A DNA stretch of 64,000 nt from Oikopleura dioica (taxonomy: Eukaryota > Animalia > Chordata), in contig OU015568.1 of the NCBI GenBank assembly GCA_907165135.1, positions 7,316,001 through 7,380,000 of the forward strand, written 5' to 3'. Shown piece after piece: positions 45,301 through 51,200 of this stretch. Position 1 is the first letter of the stretch. Each line of letters starts with the position of its first letter. The notes under the pieces were generated by a model. It saw only the letters and a list, made by a program, of their open reading frames with translations. It ran no database searches and was not told the origin of the DNA. The position numbers and the translations under genes were made by a program.

Positions 45301-48095
45301 GTTCTCAATCATGTCTTCGAGTCTTGCCACAAGGGGCATGTCAAAGTCCAAATGGTCGAGAAGACCACCTTAAAAATGAGATGATTGATAGTAGTGGAAC
45401 AAGAATAACTTACGAATTCGACGAAGATAGGTCTCTTTATCGACCGCCAAAATGTATTGGTCTCTGATAGTAGTCCAGAGTGCTCCCAGTAAAAGTATAA
45501 ATTGGTTTGTTAGGTTGTAAGCTTGGGCGATGCCGTCAGGATTAGAAGGTAGATCGAACATTTTCAATTTGATATCTGATGAAGTTTCCTTATCTTTGTC
45601 GAGTTTTATCGGCGAGATCAGTGCGCTTACAACTTGCGACGCATGAGTTGCCATGCGCCGCGCCTTCCGTCGGAAGTAAAATTTCCAAATACAATTCTTG
45701 TTCAACGCACAAATGTTTGATTCCAGCGACATAAACGAAATTTCTAAGGAAGAGTGAGAAATCGATATTCTAGATTGAAGATTTAAGAGTTGCTAGATAT
45801 TCGATAGACTTTTGATCAAGATTGTTTTCATTTTAAAAAAAATGAGACTTAGCTGATTATTTTTATGTATACCTCAAAGCTATTTAAAGCGTCGTTTTAA
45901 GAGTTTTTCAGAAATTCAAGAAAAGCGTTTGATCATTATAACAAAAATTTCTAAAGTCAATCTGCCAAATGCACGACAGGAGGCGCATCGCTTGAAATAT
46001 GAGCCTCTAAAATTTTTATTCTAAAAATGATGGTATACGGATAAAAATAATTTGAATCTGCCCAGAAATTCTGACCATGGTCGATTTTGCAGTGTCCCAC
46101 TTAAAAAACCGCAAAATCCAAAAAATGTCCGGAAATTCGGACTCAGGAAATTTGGAAACAAAACGTAGCTCTACAAATTTTAACTTTTGCAAAAGTCAAA
46201 GTACTTCTCGGAAAAAGTAATTTTTGTCAAGATGCACCCTGGCGGGAAAAGGTTAATATACTACACATACAATTTTCCTTTCCACGCAGAGTTAATCTCT
46301 ATCACCGTTCCTTTCGCTCATGTCGAGCTCAGTTCGACGTCCTCGCCTTCGTTCGCGGAACGCTTGGGTATCCTTGTCCCAGTTCCATCTGTCTGAGATT
46401 AAAATTTGGTTTGGATTTGGGTTTTGGTTTCAGCATCGGATAAAGTCATCCAACTAGAAGAGGACTAGACTATTATACTAGTCGACGTATAATTACCTAT
46501 CTTATCTATTCTGAACTTTGGAGAGAGCTTTCGGACCTGACTCAGGTTTTCCACACAGGTTGCCGAGCCCAGGTTGGAACCACGAGTCAGGACTGAGAGA
46601 TCGAAGATTATGCATGGAGTAATTCTCCAAGTAAGGCTGTTTCCTAAGCCTAACCCTAAGTGAGAATAGTTGCTAAGTGGCAAAAGGGTAGCTAATCGAT
46701 AAATACCCGACAGTTTCTTTCTTTTTTTTAAGTTAAAAATCACTTCGTCCTAAGTGCTGATTTTTTGACCAGTGATCCATAGATGGTGCTCCCTGACCCA
46801 CTAAGGTAAAAGTAAAATTTTAATCTATCCTGCATTCTATTTCGTCGCTTTCATCGTCTTCTCGCACCCAAATTTGGTATCTTCGCCATCGTCTTTGATT
46901 AGGGTCTACGCGGAAGTACCTCACAATATTAAACGTAAATTTTCTTAGAAAATCATTCTGGAGCGGTTTTTTTTCTATTACATCTTGATAGACAGGCTTT
47001 ACTCTAATTCCCCAAGACCATATAATTTGACCTTTATCATTTGTATATTCTTATTTGCAGGTAAATCCCTGACGCCAAATATGGAGTATCTTGACTGGTA
47101 CCCGAGAAAAATCATTTTTGGCCGGCTAGGGTTAAGGTTTTTCGCGGAGACCCTGCCTATGAACCTTTTCCATGTGATCCCCCTTTATTCGGTTGTTGGT
47201 TACCTGCTCGTTACAAATCGGACAAGGAATCGGGAAGTTAGTCATGACGATAAATTAATAAGAATGCTGTTTATAAAATAAAAAATATATGCTTTTAATT
47301 ATTCTAGAAACTATATGGTCACGTGGAAAAAGTTCATAGACGATGGAAGAAGAAGACGATGAAGACGAATGCTTTTTTTGTTTATGTTTTCATTTTATTT
47401 TCATAACAGGAAGTTTAACCATACGCACCGGAAGGTCACCGGATGTTATTCTTTTCCGGAAGTTTACCGGAAGAGAATAACATCCGGTGACCTTCCGGTG
47501 TTTACATTAGTGTCCTAGTAGTCGGCTTAAATAGATAATTACGACGACGAAGAGGTTATGAAACTTTTAGGGCGACGTCGTTGTGGGCCCTTACATAACT
47601 CACGGCGTTGAGACTGAAAATAAAGAGCTGACCAAACTCGTCAACGGCCGGCCGAGCAACTCTTCGGAGATGATCGCGAAATTCAACATCAACGAGTTGC
47701 TCACAAAAATCCACGGTTCATCAAATGAAGATGAAATCGAAACGAAGCTGGTTAAAAAGCGAGAAATCTACTCTTCCGCTGGATTCGAAAACTGCTCCGT
47801 TAAATTTCTCAGTCCAACGAGCTTTGATGACATTTCCGAATCCGCCGATTTCAAGGCGAAATTCGATGTAATTTCGCTCTCCGTTTCTCATTGCCAAAAA
47901 CTCTCGCACTCGATCATCCAGAATTGCCTCAAGCCCGAATCTCACATTTTCGCCGAGACTCCTCAGTTCATCACCGATTTGAACAAAGAGCAGCTCGCCA
48001 GTACGTTGAAAATCATCAAGCAGCTCGGCAAAGACTCGAATCTTTCGGAAATCGAAGATGAATCGCTCAAGGGCCTGCTAGTTTTTACAAATTAA
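21313..48095 (+). CDS. DNAAF3: Dynein axonemal assembly factor 3; exons at 21313-22225 and 47571-48095, split by the Polinton
   Basis: [28 protein letters not shown]; ..RGYW (ends 22225) joins [12 protein letters not shown] (starts 47571) in frame, restoring the RGYWGD motif. Confidence 0.9.
22251..22372 (+). repeat. Left terminal inverted repeat (122 bp), starts CGTCGT, contains a 75-nt palindrome
   Basis: Reverse complement of 47425-47546 with one mismatch (aatataaac vs aatgtaaac). Confidence 0.95.
22441..22512. repeat. 36-bp tandem duplication (2 copies) just inside the left TIR
   Basis: atttagataaaaacttcagtcaccaaataa(a/g)taaat at 22441 and 22477. Confidence 0.9.
22892..23122 (-). CDS. 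Small Polinton ORF with CxxC; possible frameshift at the (AT)n/T12 tract
   Basis: [24 protein letters not shown]..; a longer open frame ([20 protein letters not shown]..) follows the homopolymer. Confidence 0.35.
   Translation of the reverse strand: MDSKDINLQEIVAKGECLLCGNEEIRPAEYLFLVVNGRKRMRYIYIFFFFANMNAYIICQKDILRRMDDGCSEKMW
23660..24253 (-). CDS. Polinton hypothetical protein: acidic N-terminus, probably spliced to a CxxC exon
   Basis: [16 protein letters not shown].. acidic ORF; a G|gtatgt donor and tctctag acceptor would join to [24 protein letters not shown]. Confidence 0.45.
24478..25704 (+). CDS. FtsK/HerA (A32-like) DNA-packaging ATPase with a long Ser/Lys/Arg-rich tail
   Basis: Walker [16 protein letters not shown]; Walker B STIVLDDL; downstream [14 protein letters not shown] and RLYTDIF motifs typical of Polinton ATPases. 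Confidence 0.92.
   Translation: MSTVINGELLPDATFTYPFRILLSGSSGAGKTYIAKQVLLNRHLFQKKTKRVFYYYPCFLEEKPVKWDDLCVPVSYRVGLPSQEEIDEIPSHSTIVLDDLYEEAIQSQAIDHLFRVTSGKRNLNVMIMTQNNYAQGKFGRNIKLNCNATFLCRNCLDGTVNKRACSQAGLLKAYKRATEENKNKQYPYMFLDQSPRGHASSYRLYTDIFTDYPVVFSVSGMKACIVPYNDFKQNFDIIARDNTFEAVEKKHEKKYPECKTIESTRVKSKIRCDSFTEDSSESEVERSRSRKRNKKSSNDKKSKRKAKKRRRHSTSSEASSETDEEEKSKSKKSKRRRPSTSSESDSENISSDEVDSKSKKSKRRRNSSSSESPTSEEVSSGGSDSSPVRKRGKRSSILSESSGISPEE
25229..26545 (+). CDS. Retroviral-like (RVE, c-integrase) DDE integrase
   Basis: [41 protein letters not shown]; C-terminal [16 protein letters not shown]. Confidence 0.95.
   Translation: MRRNTRSAKLLSQQESNQRSDATVLPKTRQSRRLKGQDPESETRSRVTTRNQKGKQRSEDDIQPQAKRLRKPTRKRNQNQKRVSEDVLQPQANQIAKTSAQTKSIQNQKNRSEEEIQAHPKVQPPKKSALEDQIQALYENVASAPAFSAKVAEFLRKNKVSSTHRRISKKRFPRRRFIVDTAFKIFQGDLIDYQKFKYSNRHHVFILLIIDCFSRYVWTRPLKTKSGKDVANALNDIFQDFIEWPNSLITDEGLEFYNSNVRKILDRYGLHHYSIKSKMKAAIAERAIQTFRKRIHLFMKRNRTKTWIDVLPAITKGYNSTPHRSIGMAPNQVSSKNRAQVFTRLYPDIDLKVKPRLKVGNVVRVKKKKELFEKGYTQNWSDEVYIITDIRQRAGIVWYKIADEEGNRQPRIKYYFELNLVANDIESFRNKKQGTKSP
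26496..26861 (+). CDS. Candidate minor capsid (penton-like) protein, 121 aa
   Basis: Beta-rich alternating hydrophobic pattern ending [23 protein letters not shown]; lies in the virion gene block; short for a penton. Confidence 0.4.
   Translation: MILNLFGTRSKELKVPEILFDNNEEYCVQIVSAVCNLMTTPRDVGIAFITCNSIASCYGEPNTLMMGQIRPNDRWCHFSDQRSLFFPLNVYNWRDTTFSIDLESEHVVQQFSLQIQITTRE
26858..27073 (+). CDS. Highly basic 71-aa putative core/DNA-condensing protein
   Basis: Lys-rich ORF containing QSGAG; ATGA overlaps with both neighbours. Confidence 0.6.
   Translation: MKTIISALESRPKKWFPKSQSGAGKRKSKKAPTKLKLTPARKKPSSKPKKKRNFTTKDLKKSKKSSKKKRA
27070..27489 (+). CDS. Adenain-like cysteine protease (virion maturation), 139 aa
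   Basis: [30 protein letters not shown]: His, Asp, Gln and Cys in adenain order; ATG at 27070. Confidence 0.92.
   Translation: MNSYYIAKRLERVQNFLGVFSIDTLSTLNEYPAFLVVNLSPEKSKGSHWIALRIEKSKIEIFDSLKLGKYPKELTDFFGDRKKYFYKKIQSDASFYCGFYVCFYVIFRSLYSMKKLSSIFSKNLTENDQLLFDKLSQIW
27541..28850 (+). CDS. Major capsid protein (double jelly-roll, PY-like), 3 exons, 407 aa
   Basis: Exons 27541-27794, 27838-28516 and 28560-28850 join in frame over two 43-nt GT-AG introns; typical segments [53 protein letters not shown]. Confidence 0.8.
28952..29542 (+). CDS. Unknown family paralogue 1, with a (QPTPI)n tail
   Basis: [24 protein letters not shown] aligns with the two downstream ORFs. Confidence 0.7.
   Translation: MFVTIKSFTFRSHNGGGFFKVKGTFIPGFESHFDYTQPASEINLRMYERTAAEISETFATLLSFTESHQPASVNLTSESKQSDWEREHNIPASYTFRFSRLPTQSTPTQLSPIQPTPAPLSPIQPTPIKPTPIQPTPIQPTPIQPTLIQPTPIKPTLIQPTPIQPTPIQPTPIQPIQPAYEQPTPIQPASEQQMDI
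29260..29520 (+). repeat. 15-bp coding minisatellite, (Q/K)PT(P/L)I, about 12 units
   Basis: Tandem cagccaactccgat(c/t)-like units. Confidence 0.9.
29766..30197 (+). CDS. Unknown family paralogue 2, with C-terminal CxxC
   Basis: [55 protein letters not shown]. Confidence 0.72.
   Translation: MFRCSEVSSADFMVQIEAFDFEHKGCGGVFHIDAMCMPLIDVHFPGGFPAAELDLRITVSTKQEVETEFLQLLEFCHSKKPVPIILLEKVLTSEGKKGEAIFGCWTFQYNFPMQLEQTPPEDCSNCGSPIFKLEEWKVTKYNH
30487..30990 (+). CDS. Unknown family paralogue 3, with C-terminal CxxC
   Basis: [56 protein letters not shown]. Confidence 0.75.
   Translation: MIVTIKDFDFHTANKGGVFYIDASVISNDDKFFPDGFSGEEIELRLPVSTKHQLEVEFLHLLEFRHTKKQLLIEIEREALQTLSEQMRNEPKAYIFRYTMPFQPEEEPSHDCPICGQENVFQSPSVLGWNLRTTPDDDVLTQPEQTGTIYINEDYQAVPPPKKSRSL
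31536..32081 (-). CDS. Stand-alone protein resembling the terminal-protein-like N-terminal domain of Polinton pPolB, 181 aa
   Basis: [45 protein letters not shown] matches my recalled pPolB N-terminal consensus F(K/R)INLSFGFIL.N.ET..RY..P.LI..FL..I..FYV.K. Confidence 0.6.
   Translation of the reverse strand: MPFYPSERADLEALRKEYGGTYLPLAEEELDFFRQTERVGQLHNRLIIPPPKPGRIVETAHLRLLLNKNFDLNSLIEDIFDVISPVFRIKIDFGFLMENILTEDPDSRYRFHWPQISTGLPIEPHLIKDKFSKKAFLENIPSWSEIPQMVEIEHENQSSFRKSGFNLTKLLTCSVYVTKMK
32144..36075 (-). CDS. Protein-primed family B DNA polymerase, 6 exons, ~1243 aa; 1-nt frameshift in a T10 run at 32231-32240
   Basis: ExoI ITFDIET; ExoII FNSAKFD; ExoIII YNLAD; IIGG; motif A DFNALY; motif [12 protein letters not shown]; motif C YCDTDS; NKMY and KGV. 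Introns 35177-35216, 34173-34216, 33908-33947, 32681-32719 and 32475-32512 restore the frame. Confidence 0.93.
36212..36715 (-). CDS. Polinton hypothetical protein (~157-167 aa)
   Basis: [37 protein letters not shown]; no recognised domain. Confidence 0.6.
   Translation of the reverse strand: MKKYYLNFSEMESSDSEVEEVEQTNTGLEFLLRNARSHPLPQLRPFLEEIYHFSEREPWILKFKGFFLVKSDSGIFQLVKFPLGPRHCWTLETTIGSDHLTDLDNRLCARIAEQENKVLVVVDSAVLMVNSVPRRRSRLENDGYELALSIENGLAVFYSVGTYSLVV
36904..37335 (+). CDS. Polinton zinc-ribbon protein with three CxxC pairs, 143 aa
   Basis: MPRKYYL..FCLQCNK..HCELCKG..NCMICHG; TATA-like attataaaa ~35 nt upstream. Confidence 0.65.
   Translation: MPRKYYLINEDFTEDEIVIFCLQCNKKITRNFGVFHPDVKYAKNEEGTKATRYSHCELCKGQAYVPLTPEEWRAFEKQAIKCDDEYFSYPLTVSDFCKTFSIADCFGSLVTKLRQRRMAARQIDDEEMKNCMICHGEEEPMVT
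37718..38251 (+). CDS. Polinton hypothetical protein, 177 aa
   Basis: ATG-started ORF ..[21 protein letters not shown]..; followed by a pyrimidine-rich 3' region with AATAAA. Confidence 0.6.
   Translation: MNDKFSSMNLADSDVEKENKAEYNHMDIARSMEREVSGSTKYLERWIKRSKSLPGLLDWRGPVVMRGFKTDLLQVITYPLGMQDHPCFYKINLASCRSKNYEGRTVKVRERSMTRSRHVSVIFRGSGDFRQVIDTDVPYIRDEGKKYKIKNPKFDVALEIKPDLTIGTLQIYTYQLE
38580..39815. repeat. AT-rich tandem repeat, ~345-bp unit, ~3.6 copies, inside the Polinton
   Basis: Anchor accattc recurs at 38641, 38988, 39337 and 39664 (periods 347, 349, 327). Confidence 0.92.
40117..41055 (-). CDS. Predicted single-pass membrane protein (~255 aa, 4 exons): Thr-rich N-terminus, TM segment, S/T/P-rich tail with LEWD
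   Basis: Exons 41055-40941, 40855-40775, 40730-40614 and 40571-40117 join in frame over GT-AG introns; [28 protein letters not shown]; first exon least certain. Confidence 0.6.
41375..41793 (-). CDS. Predicted small single-pass membrane protein (84 aa, 3 exons)
   Basis: Exons 41793-41718, 41594-41460 and 41418-41375; [24 protein letters not shown] followed by KKQK. Confidence 0.6.
41882..42509 (-). CDS. Predicted single-pass membrane protein (179 aa, 3 exons): S/T-rich N-terminus, charged tail
   Basis: Exons 42509-42323, 42278-42159 and 42114-41882 over two 44-nt introns; [17 protein letters not shown] followed by RYRVR. Confidence 0.62.
42581..42699. promoter_or_regulatory. Three spaced 14-bp palindromes upstream of the membrane-protein cluster
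   Basis: AGCCGC-TT-GCGGCT 42581-42594; AGTCGC-TC-GCGACT 42635-42648; AGCCGC-TT-GCGGCT 42686-42699. Confidence 0.65.
42991..43364 (+). CDS. Small acidic Met-rich protein (2 exons, 41-nt intron 43103-43143)
   Basis: [27 protein letters not shown]|AEVEF..GMEWEM..EEMEID..EMEVD; AAAG|gtattt donor, aaattaaag acceptor. Confidence 0.6.
43767..44012 (-). CDS. Small single-pass membrane protein, 81 aa
   Basis: [18 protein letters not shown] followed by [10 protein letters not shown]. Confidence 0.5.
   Translation of the reverse strand: MNRSAPVSEEFPFLDLICKINEEIISQNKAATTLVALAIAGYCWMAIKICKMKPKKKSTAKRASIVVTDSDPALSPQDSWV
44180..45732 (-). CDS. Acidic, largely disordered protein (~461 aa, 5 exons) with an RxL cyclin-docking motif and NLS
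   Basis: Introns 45369-45413, 45150-45191, 44606-44645 and 44515-44554 (40-45 nt, GT-AG) join the ORFs in frame; TRSAKRRLFE, KRPKI and many SP/TP sites. Confidence 0.65.
47132..47245 (-). CDS. 37-aa micro-ORF with a C2H2 zinc-finger pattern, first ORF inside the right TIR
   Basis: [29 protein letters not shown]: C-x2-C-x12-H-x4-H. Confidence 0.35.
   Translation of the reverse strand: MTNFPIPCPICNEQVTNNRIKGDHMEKVHRQGLREKP
47425..47549 (-). repeat. Right terminal inverted repeat (125 bp), ends ACGACGACG
   Basis: Mirror of the left TIR with one extra terminal CGT unit. Confidence 0.95.
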
Positions 48096-48229
48096 TTCAC
48101 AGTATCTGCCTCTTTTATTCTTTTCTAGAACAGAACCTATATTTTTGATAAAGGATGAACTAATCACCCCTGGTTTAAGAAATGGAAATCGTGAAACCCT
48201 GTACATAAAGAGATCAAACTAACTAAAAG

Positions 48230-51200
48230 ATGTTCGAGGGCGTTGGTGCTTACCTTATCAATTACTACCTCGGAGAATTCCTTGAAGACATAAACAATGA
48301 CCAGCTTTCAGGTGATCTTCAAAGTGATATCTTTTCTTCAACGAGTTAATCTTCAGTTCAACTGATTTCCGGCGAAATTAACCTTTCAAATGTTCCAATT
48401 CGACGTGGTGCAAGTGAACGCTTCGGCTTGCCAATTCATATTTCTGGTGGCAATGTCGGAAACATCAAAATTACGCGACCAAACTGGACAAGAGTACTAA
48501 CAGAGGCTTTCGAAATTAAAATCACAGGTTAGGCGAAAATTTCGTTCGGCTTCAATAATTTTTTTTAGACCTTCATGTCGAGCTGCAACCCTCCGAAGGC
48601 AAAACAAAAGAAACTAGCAGCAAAGAAGATGTAAAATTTCGGCGAATTCAAAATCTCATTTCCAGGTAATTTTTCTTTTCCCTGTCCTAGAATGAAATAT
48701 TTGAAGATGGCTCGCAGTCGGCCAGCAGCAAGGCATCTGGGCGTCTTACTCAAGCCAAATCATTTCCGATATTGTTCAAAATATCAAAGTGACTGTTTCG
48801 AACGTTAGCATCAACTACCGCGATCCAGATTTGTTGGGAGATGGGCATGTTGCTTACAACGTTTCGAATATCCTTGTCGCAAACAATCCCGCTATGCCTG
48901 GCTTTGCCCACAAGAAACTGCTATTGCAAGATCTGGAGATTATCTGGCACAAGAACGATAACTCTTCAACCCATCTCATGGAGAAAGTCGAGGCAAACAT
49001 TGACATTGTCAAGAATAAAAGTGTGACGCCCCTTAACGGCGATCTTCCGCGATTCAAAGTCGACCTGAACATAGATGCGGTCAACTTCCAACTGTCTGAT
49101 AAGCAGCATTCAATCATCTATTCAACGTGGGAGAAGCTAGAATGGTTTTATCGACGACAAAGATATTCCGAGTTTCGACCTAGTGAAAGCATCTCTTCGA
49201 CTGAAGATGCCCAAGAAAGAAACAAAATTGTCAAATTGTGGTGGAAGTGGCTTCTTCATCATACAGCTCATCCGATTCAAGAATATCGTCGATCAGAGAC
49301 AAAGCCATTTCTTCTGAAGCGTTGTTCCCAGATCAACGAGTACGCCAGAATCATCAGGAAGCTTCTAAAAAAGGAAAAACTGACGGAAGAGGAGAAAGCA
49401 ACGAGAATCGATATCGAGACCACCTGGACCTACGAAGAATGCCGAGGTGTCATCTACGCGGTCTTGGACAAAGACTACTCCAAGAAACCTGAAGTAGGAG
49501 AAGAACAAGAAGGCTGGGGCGGTTGGATCATGCGAGGCGGTGGGCTCTTTCGAGGGCGAGCTGCCTCTACTGGCTCACCAAAGACCGAGCGTTCGAGTTC
49601 AATAGACAGCGAAGCCTCAGCAAGTGATTCCGATTCACCCGTGATTGTCGATCCCTCTGCAGCGAAAATGCCCAAACTAACTCTTCGAACAGCAAGTAGC
49701 ATGAACAATCAGTGTCTACCAGATCATTCTGTCACAAACGACACCTTTCTCACGAGAGACAGGGTCTTTGCCGATTTCAGTTTCATGTTAACGACTGGAA
49801 CGCTGAAACTAACGATTGACAATGGAGAGGAGATCTCTGGCCTATCAACGATTCAATTCGACCGACTCCATTCCTCTCTCGGCTGTCAATTTCGTTCAGA
49901 TACCCTGACTTATATAACGGAGCTTGGCGATTTCAAGATTGTCGATGACTTCACTGACGACTCTATTTATCCCGTCTTAGTATCGACGATCAAAAAAGAC
50001 AAGGATGAAAAAGACAAACCTCCACCAGTTATGTTCCACTTTTCGTACGAAAAGATAAGCCATCTAAGTCAAACGGTCTATTGCGAAACTGCGCCGTTGA
50101 AGATGATCTTCAACAAAAAGCTGATGGAGATTGGCAAAGGATTCTTAAATTTAAGAACCGGTGGAGAGGACTCACTTCATAATTGGCGACAGAGGGAGCG
50201 ATATCGCAGCTTGAAAGAAAAAGCAAAACAGACATTACAAAAAGGCTTCGAGAAAGTCATGGAAGAGAAGTCTTTTAAGAAAGGCGGCATCCGTATAACA
50301 CTAGATTTGGCTGCTCCGAAAATCATCTTCCCAAAGAGCTTCAACGATCCGAAAACGCCGCAGATCATGGTAGATCTTGGAAAGATCAAATTTTCAAACG
50401 TCGATGAGAACGAGAAAGAACCCCTGGCAGAGTTTACTCCCGTCGTCGAGGGTTCGTCCGAAGCTCAAAAAGACGAAGATGAATTTTATACTCCCGAATA
50501 TAATGGTAGCCCTGCAGATCAATCCCCACCTGTAGAAGAAGAAAGTACTGTAGCTCTCAACGAACAAACGAGAACTGTGGAAATCCCTGAAGAGCTTCAA
50601 GAACACCTTCTTGTCTCTCACTTCTACGACAAATATTCTGTGCAGCTACAGAATCTACAGATTTTGGTGGGGACGAAAAGCGATGATGAAACAATTTGGA
50701 ATAGAGCAACGTCGCAGAAAAACTCAGAGCTACATGTTGTCGAGCCCTTTAACGTTTCTGTCGGAATTGAAAAGCGCGCCTGCGATGTTACCGATGAATC
50801 GAAATATCCACTCATAATTGTCTCCGGAAGCCTTCCTTCTCTTATGCTTCAAATCAACGAGACAAAGTCATCAATGATATTCTCTTGTCTGGAGGCATGC
50901 ATACCTTCCGGCTCAACGAACAAGCCTTCAGCTCCTAACTTGGACGTAACTGTTTCTGATATTGAGCAATCGCAAAGTGTCAGTTATGGAAAATTGATTG
51001 TAATCATGTTTCAAATTGACCGTGTCTCCTGTGGACTCTACTCTATTCTACATGATCATATGGTCGCTGGCCTCGAAGTCACGCGAATCAAGGCGAATGT
51101 TAAACTGCAGCCGGATAAGAGTAACCTGAAGCTTTCTGTTGGATCCGTTGTTGTGACAAACAATCACGACCATAACCTTGGAGCCGATTTCCAGTCAATT

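Larger units (their letters stand above)
22251..47549. mobile_element. Full-length Polinton/Maverick (endogenous virus-like DNA transposon), 25,299 bp
   Basis: 6-bp TSD AAGAGG (22245-22250 and 47550-47555); TIRs 22251-22372 and 47425-47549; encodes pPolB, RVE integrase, packaging ATPase, adenain-like protease and MCP. Confidence 0.97.

Noticed and set aside
45780-46230. AT-rich stretch as a nested MITE
   Set aside because: I could not find matching TIRs or a TSD
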